A stretch of DNA of 20,322 nucleotides, from NCBI GenBank assembly GCA_005222965.1, contig NJBG01000001.1, positions 62,001 to 82,322 on the forward strand. Reading direction: 5' to 3'. Made by a program: the position numbers and the translations under genes. The notes beneath the pieces were generated by a model. The model saw only the letters and a list, made by a program, of their open reading frames with translations, was not told the DNA's origin and ran no database searches. Positions 1 through 8,192 of this stretch are shown here, piece by piece (the stretch's first letter is position 1; the number at the start of each line of letters is the position of its first letter). This DNA comes from Candidatus Woesearchaeota archaeon B3_Woes (GTDB lineage Archaea > Nanobdellota > Nanobdellia > Woesearchaeales > B3-WOES).

Positions 1-2
1 CC

Positions 3-1088
3 ATCCACACATTTTTCTGCCATTTCTTCTAAATGTTTGTCGTCTATTTTTAATTCTTTTAAAGATGTTGGAAGTCCTATCTCTTTAAAGAAGTCTTTAG
101 TGCTTTTAATTCCTTTTAGTATAATTTGCTCATCTGTGTCGTCTTTGATTCCCCAAACATTTTTTGCAAATTTTACAAATCTTTTTATGTCGTGCTTATA
201 GACATGTTTCATCCATACAGGAAAAACCACTGCAAGACCAGCCCCATGTGCAACATCATAAAATGCGCTTAATTCATGCTCAATTTTATGTGATGCCCAA
301 TCCTCTTCTCTTCCAGTTCCAAGAAGACCATTATGTGCAACACAACCAGCCCACATAATTTCTGCACGATATTCATAATTATTTGGTTCTTTTAATACAT
401 TTCTGCAGTTTTTTATTATTGATTTTAAAGTTGCTTCACATAATTTATCAGTAAAATCAACATTTTTTGTATTTGTAAAATATCTTTCCATCACGTGTGC
501 CATCATATCAGCAACACCACATGTAGTTTGAAAATTAGGTAGCGTCATTGTCAAATCAGGATTTAATATTGAAAATTTTGGTCTTAATATTTCACCTCCA
601 ATTCCTATTTTTCTACCTTCCTCTTCATTTGTAATCACAGTAGCACGGCTAGCTTCGCTTCCTGCAGCAGGAATTGTTAATATAACTCCCACTGGCAAAG
701 CCTTCTCTATTTTAATTTGTTTTGAAAAAAAATCCCATACATCACCTTCATAATAAAATCCAAGAGCAATTGCTTTTGCAGAATCAATTACACTACCCCC
801 TCCAACAGCCAGAATAAAATCTATATCGTTTTCACGACAAAGTTTGATTCCTTCTCTAACTAAACTTAATCTAGGATTTGGAACAACACCTGAAAGTTCT
901 ATATACTCTACTCCAGAATTTTTTAATGATTCAATTACTCTATCATACAATCCTGATTTTTTTATACTGCTTTTTCCATAATGGAGTAGAATTTTTTTGC
1001 TGTAATTTCTTGTTTCTTTCCCAACTAGATTTTCTGTATCCTTTCCAAAAATAATTTTGGTTTGGTTTTGATAAATAAAATTTTCCAT
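3..1088 (-). CDS. Iron-containing alcohol dehydrogenase, BdhA/YqhD (butanol dehydrogenase-like) family; 3' end runs off the window
   Basis: Manual translation from ATG at 1088: MENFIYQNQTKIIFGKDTENLVGKE...LSGVVPNPRL...FILAVGGGSVIDSAKAIA; metal-ligand motifs ADMMAHVMERY and DWASHKIEHELSAFYDVAHGAGLA. Absent from the ORF track because the stop lies outside the window. Confidence 0.93.
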   Translation of the reverse strand, partial: MENFIYQNQTKIIFGKDTENLVGKETRNYSKKILLHYGKSSIKKSGLYDRVIESLKNSGVEYIELSGVVPNPRLSLVREGIKLCRENDIDFILAVGGGSVIDSAKAIALGFYYEGDVWDFFSKQIKIEKALPVGVILTIPAAGSEASRATVITNEEEGRKIGIGGEILRPKFSILNPDLTMTLPNFQTTCGVADMMAHVMERYFTNTKNVDFTDKLCEATLKSIIKNCRNVLKEPNNYEYRAEIMWAGCVAHNGLLGTGREEDWASHKIEHELSAFYDVAHGAGLAVVFPVWMKHVYKHDIKRFVKFAKNVWGIKDDTDEQIILKGIKSTKDFFKEIGLPTSLKELKIDDKHLEEMAEKCVD

Positions 1089-1108
1089 ATTACTACAAAA
1101 CATAACTA

Positions 1109-1160
1109 ATTTATAAGGTTTTTGTAACTTTTTTTGATAGTCAACAAAAACTTTATAAAG
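1109..1160. promoter_or_regulatory. Divergent archaeal promoters (BRE + TATA) for the ADH gene (-) and the rps6e operon (+)
   Basis: Minus strand AAAAAC-CTTATAAA about 22 nt before the ADH ATG; plus strand AAAAAC-TTTATAAA at 1146-1159 upstream of rps6e. Confidence 0.65.
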
Positions 1161-1223
1161 GCCATAAAATTCTTATAGCGTACTGAGGTTAACATAAGAT
1201 TATCCTCGGGAGGAAATCTAAAA

Positions 1224-1757
1224 ATGGCTGATTTTAAATTAACAATTGCAGATCCAAAAACAGGTAAGTGTGTTCAGCGTGAACTAAAATCTCCTGAAGC
1301 AAACATATTAATTGGTAAGAAAATAGGGGATAAAATAGAAGGAAAATCAATTGGTTTAGAAGATTATGAATTTGAATTAACAGGAGGTTCTGATTACTGT
1401 GGCTTTCCTATGAGAAGAGATGTACAAGGAGCAAATAGAAAAAGAATTCTAGCAGTAGAAGGCGTCGGAATAAAGAAAAAGGCAAAAGGAATTAAACAAA
1501 GAAAAACCGTTTGCGGTAACACAATTCAGGATAAAATTGTTCAAATCAATTTTAAAATATTAAAACAAGGCAAGGAAAACCTATTCCAGGCCAAAGGTGA
1601 AGAACCTAAAAAAGAAGAAAAGCCAAAGGAAGAAACAAAAGCAGAGAAAAAAGAAACGAAACCTGCTGAAGAAAAACCTAAAGAAGAGAAAAAGGCAGAA
1701 GTAAAAGAAGATAAGCCAAAAGAGGAGCCTAAAGAAAAACCAGAAGAAAAGAAATAA
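1224..1757 (+). CDS. rps6e: 30S ribosomal protein eS6 with a Lys/Glu/Pro-rich C-terminal extension
   Basis: N-terminal FKLTIADPKTGK, S6e signature LTGGSDYCGFPMRRDV, RKTVCGNTI..IVQINFKI; GGGAGG SD at 1208-1213; adjacent to aIF2-gamma as in the conserved archaeal operon. Confidence 0.97.
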   Translation: MADFKLTIADPKTGKCVQRELKSPEANILIGKKIGDKIEGKSIGLEDYEFELTGGSDYCGFPMRRDVQGANRKRILAVEGVGIKKKAKGIKQRKTVCGNTIQDKIVQINFKILKQGKENLFQAKGEEPKKEEKPKEETKAEKKETKPAEEKPKEEKKAEVKEDKPKEEPKEKPEEKK

Positions 1758-1759
1758 AC

Positions 1760-3016
1760 ATGGTTGAGAAAAAGACAAAAAAAAGCGAAAAAGCAATTCA
1801 ACCAGAGATAACTATAGGATTCTGTGGTCATGTTGATCATGGAAAAACAACTTTATTAGAAAAGTTAAGTGGTAAATGGGCTGATACTCATTCTGAAGAA
1901 ATAAAAAGAGGAATAACAATAAGGCTTGGTTATGCAGACACATCATTCTACAAATGTCCAAAATGCAAAGCTGCAAAATCATATGGAACAAAAGAAACAT
2001 GTCAAAATTGTAAATCAAAAGGGAAATTATTAAGAAAAGTTAGTTTTGTCGACGCACCAGGTCATGAAAGTTTGATGGCTACTATGTTATCTGGAGCAGC
2101 TATAATGGATGGAGCTCTAGTTATGGTTGCAGCAAATGAAAAATGCCCTCAACCACAAACAAGAGAACACCTCATGGCCCTAGAAATAGTAGGCATAAAA
2201 GATATTGTTGTAGTCCAAAACAAAATTGATCTAGTAGATGAAAAACAAGCACTAGAAAACCATAAACAAATAAAAGAATTCCTTAAAACAACCCCATATA
2301 AAGATGCTCCAATAATACCTATATCTGCTCAACATAACGTCAATATAGATGTTTTAGTAGAAACAATAGAAAAAACACTAAAGACGCCTAAAAAAGACCT
2401 TAAATTAGATCCAATAATGTTTGTTGCAAGAAGTTTTGATATTAATAAACCCGGCACAATACCAAAAGACCTAATTGGAGGGGTATTTGGAGGCATATTA
2501 AAACAAGGAAAATTAAAAAAAGGAGACGAGATAGAAATAAGACCAGGATTAGAATTCACAGAGAAAAATCAAAAAGTATGGAAACCAATAAAAACAAAAA
2601 TAACAGCCATAATGGCTGGGGGCGCACAAGTTGATGAGATTCAACCAGGAGGTTCTATGGGATTATTAACAACACTAGACCCTGGAATTGTTAAATCAGA
2701 CTCTTTAGGAGGAACTATAATTGGCTTGCCTGGTAAACTACCAGATACCAAAGATCAGATTAAAATGGAAGTAAATCTCTTAAAAAGGGTTGTTGGTGCT
2801 AAACAAGAGTTAGATGTAGAACCAATAAAGCCAAATGAAACATTGATGTTAAATGTAAATTCATCTGCAACGGTCGGTGTTGTTACTAGTATATCGAAGA
2901 AAGATGTAAGTCTAAAATTAAAAAGACCAGTATGTGCTGAAATAGGTTCAAGAGTTACAATTTCGAGGCTTGTTGAACATAGATTTAGATTAATTGGTTT
3001 TGGCATAATAAAATAA
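1760..3016 (+). CDS. eif2g: Translation initiation factor aIF2 subunit gamma
   Basis: G1 GHVDHGKT, effector EEIKRGITIRLGYAD, Zn ribbon CPKC..CQNC, DAPGHE, NKID, SAQH, RSFDINKPG, C-terminal RFRLIGFG. Confidence 0.98.
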   Translation: MVEKKTKKSEKAIQPEITIGFCGHVDHGKTTLLEKLSGKWADTHSEEIKRGITIRLGYADTSFYKCPKCKAAKSYGTKETCQNCKSKGKLLRKVSFVDAPGHESLMATMLSGAAIMDGALVMVAANEKCPQPQTREHLMALEIVGIKDIVVVQNKIDLVDEKQALENHKQIKEFLKTTPYKDAPIIPISAQHNVNIDVLVETIEKTLKTPKKDLKLDPIMFVARSFDINKPGTIPKDLIGGVFGGILKQGKLKKGDEIEIRPGLEFTEKNQKVWKPIKTKITAIMAGGAQVDEIQPGGSMGLLTTLDPGIVKSDSLGGTIIGLPGKLPDTKDQIKMEVNLLKRVVGAKQELDVEPIKPNETLMLNVNSSATVGVVTSISKKDVSLKLKRPVCAEIGSRVTISRLVEHRFRLIGFGIIK

Positions 3017-3025
3017 TTGTTTCTT

Positions 3026-4225
3026 ATGACAAAAATAAAGTTTAAAGACCTAAGTTTTGAAGAAATGGATAATAAGATTAGAGTTTTCTTTCTAGATAAT
3101 TATTATTTTGACATTGAAAAAGAAGATTTATCAAATATTGGTAAATTTAAAGTTAATAAAAACTCTATTGAGTTTTATGTTAATGATAATAAAGCAAGAA
3201 AAAGGTTCGATTTTCTTATAAATAAAGGTTTTGAAAATCTGAAAAACAAATTAACCCATAAAAAAGCAGTATATTTACATCAAAATATGGATATTCCCCT
3301 TATTGGTCTTAATTATTTTGGGATTATTGACAGAAATACTTCATTAATCGAAGTAAAGCCATTAACATCATGTAATTTTAACTGTATCTATTGCTCAATT
3401 GATGAAGGAATAAGCTCAAAAAAACAGACAGATTTTATAATAGAAAAAGACTTTTTAATTCAAGAGCTTAAAAAACTAATTAAAACAAAAAACTGTAATC
3501 ACATTGAAACCTACATTAATCCTCATGGAGAACCTTTATTATACAAACCACTTGTAGATTTAATCAAAGATATATCAAAAATTAAACAAGTTAAAACAAT
3601 TTCAATAAGCAGCAATTCTCTTTTATTAGATAAACCAAAAGTTGATGCACTTATTAAAGCAGGTTTAAATAAATTTAATCTTTCTATTAATTCTATAGAT
3701 GAGAAAATAGCCAAAAAAATGGCAGGAACAAATTATGAACCAAAAAGAATTCTGGAAATCTGTAAATATATTTCTTCAAAAAAAGCAAAACTCTTTATTG
3801 CACCAGTGTTGTTGCCTAATTTTAATGATGATGAAATGCCAAAAATAATTGAATTTGCAAAGAAAATTAATGCTAAAGTATGTATACAAAACTTTCTAAA
3901 TTATAGATTTGGTAGAAATCCTTGTAAATCCTTGCCTTTTGAGAAATTCTTTGAGAATATGAAAAACCTTGAAAAAAAGCACGAGGTTAAACTAATAGTT
4001 GATTCTACTGATTTTAATGTGATAGAAACAAATAAATTAGAAAAACCCTTTAAAAAGAATGATACTATTAAAGCAGAAATATTATTTGATGGAAGATTAA
4101 AAGGTGAAAAAATAGCTATGGCAAAAAACAGACTTATTTCTATCCCTAATTGCCATAAAACAGGGAAAGTTAAACTAAAGATTGTTAGATCCAAACACAA
4201 CATATTTGTAGGTATTCTAATTTAG
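3026..4225 (+). CDS. Radical SAM protein with C-terminal TRAM-like domain (archaeal COG2100-like); ATG at 3026 preferred over TTG at 3017
   Basis: CxxxCxxC motif CNFNCIYC preceded by FGIIDRNTSLIEVKP and followed by SIDEG; HGEP motif; C-terminal beta-rich PFKKNDTIKAEI...KLKIVRSKHNIFVG. Confidence 0.85.
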   Translation: MTKIKFKDLSFEEMDNKIRVFFLDNYYFDIEKEDLSNIGKFKVNKNSIEFYVNDNKARKRFDFLINKGFENLKNKLTHKKAVYLHQNMDIPLIGLNYFGIIDRNTSLIEVKPLTSCNFNCIYCSIDEGISSKKQTDFIIEKDFLIQELKKLIKTKNCNHIETYINPHGEPLLYKPLVDLIKDISKIKQVKTISISSNSLLLDKPKVDALIKAGLNKFNLSINSIDEKIAKKMAGTNYEPKRILEICKYISSKKAKLFIAPVLLPNFNDDEMPKIIEFAKKINAKVCIQNFLNYRFGRNPCKSLPFEKFFENMKNLEKKHEVKLIVDSTDFNVIETNKLEKPFKKNDTIKAEILFDGRLKGEKIAMAKNRLISIPNCHKTGKVKLKIVRSKHNIFVGILI

Positions 4226-4238
4226 ATTGTTTTCTATA

Positions 4239-4302
4239 GATTTTCGTGAGCTGTTAAGTCAAAGGTTTTGAGGTGACGTTTACTTAACAGCTCAGATTTT
4301 CG
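4239..4302. mobile_element. MITE-like miniature element (48 bp, 4247-4294) with 13-bp terminal inverted repeats and 8-bp flanking direct repeats
   Basis: TGAGCTGTTAAGT (4247-4259) and its perfect complement ACTTAACAGCTCA (4282-4294); GATTTTCG directly abuts both ends (4239-4246 and 4295-4302). Confidence 0.6.
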
Positions 4303-4352
4303 AAATATTTATATAAGATAACATTTTTTAGTACTGATAAGGGGTGATGGTG
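4300..4352 (+). promoter_or_regulatory. BRE/TATA box and Shine-Dalgarno for the 4360 gene
   Basis: CGAAA-TA-TTTATATA at 4301-4315; GGGGTGATGGTG at 4341-4352 shortly before ATG 4360. Confidence 0.6.
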
Positions 4353-4359
4353 TAATAAC

Positions 4360-5337
4360 ATGAAAAAAGCATTATTATTACCATTTATGATTCTAATTTT
4401 ATTAGTTAGCACTGTATATGCTTTAGAAGATGGTCTTAGAATAAGTGATCTTACAATATATCAGGATTCAGACCTACAAAGAAGCATTGGAGACGGATCT
4501 GTTTATAATGAGTTTATCGTACCAGGAGGAGATATAAAATTTGAAATAGAATTAGAAAATACATTTATAGATAAAATAGATATTGAAGATATAGAAATAA
4601 GCATCACTCTTTATAATATAACAGAAAATGAAGATATATTTGAAGATGTTTCATCTTTTGATTTAAACTATGATAAAACTAAAACTAAAAGTATTAGATT
4701 AAATATCCCTGATGATGCTGAAGAAGTTCAAAAAACAGTTGAAATAAATATCCAAGGAATAGATGAAAATGATACAATTCATAAGATTGATTGGTTTGTT
4801 TATCTTAATATAGAAGATGAAGGTCATGATGTAAGAATTTACAATACACAATTAAATCAAACAATAGTAAATTGTGGAGAAACAGTAAAACTTATTGTAT
4901 GGATTGTTAATGATGGGAAACATGATGAAGAAGAAGTTGTCTTAGAAATAGAAAACAAAGAACTTGGACTACATAATGTTTATGACAATATCGAAATTGA
5001 TGAAGATGAAAAATATGCTAAAAGAATTCTTTTAAATTTTGATAATGTAAATAAATCAGGCAAATTTCCTCTTCAAATAAAAACATATTATAAAGATGAT
5101 CATTTAGATGATTTAACTACAATAGATTTATGGGTCAATCAATGTAAAAATGTTTTAGTTATTGATGATGAAGATATATCAGAAGAAGAAAGTGATACTC
5201 AAACAACAGCACCTCAAACTAATATAGATGAAAGCGATACAAAAAAACAGAATATACCAGTTATGTTATTGGCTTTTTTTATAGTTATTTTAGTAATACT
5301 TATTATAATAGTTGTTGTTTGGTTAATAAAAGAATAG
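4360..5337 (+). CDS. Membrane-anchored cell-surface protein with two Ig/CARDB-like beta domains (S-layer-associated candidate)
   Basis: Signal peptide MKK+hydrophobic+VYA; two acidic beta-rich repeats (PGGDIKFEIELEN, CGETVKLIVWIVNDG); Thr/acidic linker; C-terminal TM helix ending in KE; four N-x-S/T sequons. Confidence 0.7.
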   Translation: MKKALLLPFMILILLVSTVYALEDGLRISDLTIYQDSDLQRSIGDGSVYNEFIVPGGDIKFEIELENTFIDKIDIEDIEISITLYNITENEDIFEDVSSFDLNYDKTKTKSIRLNIPDDAEEVQKTVEINIQGIDENDTIHKIDWFVYLNIEDEGHDVRIYNTQLNQTIVNCGETVKLIVWIVNDGKHDEEEVVLEIENKELGLHNVYDNIEIDEDEKYAKRILLNFDNVNKSGKFPLQIKTYYKDDHLDDLTTIDLWVNQCKNVLVIDDEDISEEESDTQTTAPQTNIDESDTKKQNIPVMLLAFFIVILVILIIIVVVWLIKE

Positions 5338-5354
5338 AATTCTCAAGTTTTATT

Positions 5355-5394
5355 TAAAAAAAGAAAAAATAAAGGAAATAAATTCCTTATTTTT
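5355..5394 (-). terminator. Hairpin plus T-tract terminator of the S-layer gene, between convergent genes
   Basis: AAGGAA/TTCCTT inverted repeat (5372-5388) extended by A/T runs, followed on the minus strand by TTTTTTCTTTTTTT. Confidence 0.6.
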
Positions 5395-7924
5395 ATTCAG
5401 CTGCTGGTACACCAACACTAATGTCAGTTAGACTTGTTCCAGTAACAACGACTTCCATACCGCTTAAAGCATAATTTCCGCTTTCAGCAAGTACTCTGGA
5501 TGCTCTTTGTGTGTCGTCTGCTTCCCATCCTGCAACAATTACAGCAACAGTTCCATCAGTTTGTTCAACAAGTTTAATTAAACCTGCATTTTCTGGTATT
5601 CCGGAATCTGTACCATATGCTGGATAAGACTTACCTGTTAAAGCTGCAGTAGCTCTGTTAATAGCTGGACCACCTACAACTATCAAGTTTTGGTTTGTAT
5701 AACTTGATAAAGATGTGTCCAATACAGCTGCTCCAACTTCAATTTTGGTAATTGCTACTGATTCACTTCCTGCTGTTGTTGATACCTGAGAAGCTTTTGA
5801 ACCAATATATAGGTTTGCATATGTCTCTTCACCAGGATATGTTAATTCTATTACATACTGGTCAGCAACTTTGTCTTCAATTACTTGTGTAGATACTTGG
5901 GATTGAACTAATCCTACATATCTCTTTGAGTTATCAATAGAGTATGTCTTGTCATTAGACAAGTTGGTCTTAGCAACAAGCTTTACATGTGCTTCTGTAT
6001 CGCTGTTAAATGTTGCATTTAACTGTAGGAATCCTGTTCCACTAGCAATATTTTCGTCTTTGTCTTCTTCTGTTACATTCATTGTCCAAGCTGGTGCATA
6101 ACAGTCTTTACTACCATTAAGACCAGTACCGGTTGCATTCCAACTAGTAAGGTTTAGATGGATACTTTTACTATAATCTCCACCTGAACAATTAATATTT
6201 GCTGTAATAATGCCGTTTGACAAATTGTATTCTGTATATACATCAGTTGCTGGCAATCCTAACTGCAAACCTTCTGCTGTAACTAAAGTGCTGTTTACAC
6301 AATTACTATCAGATAGTTTAAAGGAAACATTACTATCAGTTTGAGATAAATTCATAACAGTAATTGTCATATCTGCTGCATCAAAGGTTTTAGTTACCTT
6401 TTTATTTTCAGCAATAACTGTTCCTGTGTAGTCTTTAACAGTAATTCCGTTTGTATCATGTACCTTACTTAATTGAAGTACTGCTGTTTCTGCTTCTTTA
6501 CCATTTACCTTTGTAACTACAAAGTATTCATCTGTATCCATATCTACATAAAAGTATTCATCAGTACCAAGACATGTTCTTGTAATGAGTTTTTTAGTAG
6601 CTGATGCTCCTACATTATTAAAATCACCATCACTATCACTATCATATAAAAGATCTAATTTTACATCATAGTCTTTTACTGGTGCTGCTAATGTAATTGT
6701 ATCATCTGAGCTGCCATATACAGATATCTCTTCTTCTGCACCTCTATAGAATCCATCCATATAAAACTTAATAGATTCTAATCCAGGCATAACAACTTCA
6801 TTACCATCTTCTGTAATAAACAAGTCATCATCTGCTGTCCACGCAATCTCTATTTTTTCTAATGCAGTTTTACTAGCACTTTGACTTGTAGTTATATATA
6901 CATCTACATTACTAATGTCTTCATCATCCATGCTAAGTTCTTCACCACCTTTCATGACAATTTTCTTAGCACCTAGATAAAACTCAACCATATCCTGAGT
7001 TACATCTCCTGCTTCATTAGGTAGAATCTCTCTTGCTCCAATATTAATTCCATCGGATAATTGATAGACATCGCCTTTTACCATTGAATCTGTAACTTCT
7101 CCATTAATCTTAAACTTAACTTTACTATTTGTATCGTCTATGATTAATGCTGTTACTTCATACTCTTTTCCATCAATTGTATAGGTTGCTGTCTCTCCTT
7201 CTTCAAGAGTAGGTTTTAGAGCTCCTCTCATTAACGAAAGTTCTGCAGTAGATGCAGTATTATTTTCAGATCCAGTAATATCAAAGACCTCACCTAGCAT
7301 TTCAATTTGTCTATCTTCCAATTCAGTTAAATCACCATCAGAGTTTACACTTGATTTTGCATTTTTAGTAAATTCAAGTGTATAATTCAAAACATTTTTG
7401 TTTCTAGATATTGAAAGACCAACTACTGGTTTTTCATCTTCATAGTCTTTGTCTGCAAAAAATTGTATATGGTGGTCTGATGTTGATCCTAAGCTAATCT
7501 CTTGTTCATAGTCATATTTAGCTCCTTTTGCAGTTGTAAATGTTCCATCTGCCAATATTATTGGAAGGTGTGTATCTGAAAGTTTAGTCCTAATAGTAGT
7601 CATATTCTCTCCTACATTAAGCTTGTCAGAAGATTTATCAAACTTAAACACATCTCCAACTGTTGATGTCACTGCACTTGTTCCTGTGGATCCGCCCACT
7701 GCTACTGCTTGTAATGAAGAAATCATATCCATTGCTCCAAGCATATCTTGTGTGTCTCCGTCTGCCCCTATTACTAATAATCCATCAAACTTACCATCTT
7801 TGATGAACATAGGTGCAGGATATTCGCTAAGGTCAGCTGCCATAGCACCCAGAACTGTCGCTCCAAGCATTGTTGCTCCTGTGCTCAATGCCACAATTCT
7901 TTTTACTGTTTTTCTTAATTTCAT
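5393..7924 (-). CDS. S-layer protein (Methanococcus/DPANN type with S_layer_N and S_layer_C-like ends)
   Basis: Signal MKLRKTVKRIVALSTGATMLGATVLGAMAA then DLSEYPAPMF..G.FDGLLVIG; C-terminal NLIVVGGPAIN...VIVAGWEADDT..A.RVL; acidic and Thr-rich; 14 N-glycosylation sequons counted; strong GGAGGTG SD. Confidence 0.9.
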   Translation of the reverse strand: MKLRKTVKRIVALSTGATMLGATVLGAMAADLSEYPAPMFIKDGKFDGLLVIGADGDTQDMLGAMDMISSLQAVAVGGSTGTSAVTSTVGDVFKFDKSSDKLNVGENMTTIRTKLSDTHLPIILADGTFTTAKGAKYDYEQEISLGSTSDHHIQFFADKDYEDEKPVVGLSISRNKNVLNYTLEFTKNAKSSVNSDGDLTELEDRQIEMLGEVFDITGSENNTASTAELSLMRGALKPTLEEGETATYTIDGKEYEVTALIIDDTNSKVKFKINGEVTDSMVKGDVYQLSDGINIGAREILPNEAGDVTQDMVEFYLGAKKIVMKGGEELSMDDEDISNVDVYITTSQSASKTALEKIEIAWTADDDLFITEDGNEVVMPGLESIKFYMDGFYRGAEEEISVYGSSDDTITLAAPVKDYDVKLDLLYDSDSDGDFNNVGASATKKLITRTCLGTDEYFYVDMDTDEYFVVTKVNGKEAETAVLQLSKVHDTNGITVKDYTGTVIAENKKVTKTFDAADMTITVMNLSQTDSNVSFKLSDSNCVNSTLVTAEGLQLGLPATDVYTEYNLSNGIITANINCSGGDYSKSIHLNLTSWNATGTGLNGSKDCYAPAWTMNVTEEDKDENIASGTGFLQLNATFNSDTEAHVKLVAKTNLSNDKTYSIDNSKRYVGLVQSQVSTQVIEDKVADQYVIELTYPGEETYANLYIGSKASQVSTTAGSESVAITKIEVGAAVLDTSLSSYTNQNLIVVGGPAINRATAALTGKSYPAYGTDSGIPENAGLIKLVEQTDGTVAVIVAGWEADDTQRASRVLAESGNYALSGMEVVVTGTSLTDISVGVPAAE

Positions 7925-8192
7925 AGCTTATAACACCTCCGTGTTTGTGCTATACATGGAAACTTTCATGTTTCCTCTTTTTTAGCATCCATCTGGATAC
8001 ATTATGGTTTGTATAAAACCATTAAACATATTTTCTTTCGCTCAAACCATTATATATAGTGTTTCAAACCCAATATATATTTAGGGATATATATTCAAGT
8101 TTTACTTTTTATATATTCAAAGTTTTTGCTTAAGCATAATAGAGATTAGTCTCTATCATCCCTAATACTACTGGCTATTGTAGGTAATAAAC

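Noticed and set aside
164..358. 64-aa plus-strand ORF
   Set aside because: Antisense shadow of the alcohol dehydrogenase gene.
1541..1840. Phe/Ser-rich minus-strand ORFs (1541-1840, 1581-1796) that look like membrane peptides
   Set aside because: They are the reverse complement of the A-rich Lys/Glu tail of eS6.
1812..4203. Minus-strand ORFs inside eif2g and the radical SAM gene
   Set aside because: Antisense to well-supported genes, with no motifs or promoters.
7623..7985. 120-aa plus-strand ORF
   Set aside because: Antisense in-register shadow of the S-layer N-terminus.
7929..8157. Several 6-15 codon upstream ORFs in the S-layer leader
   Set aside because: Expected by chance at this AT content; no convincing coding signal.
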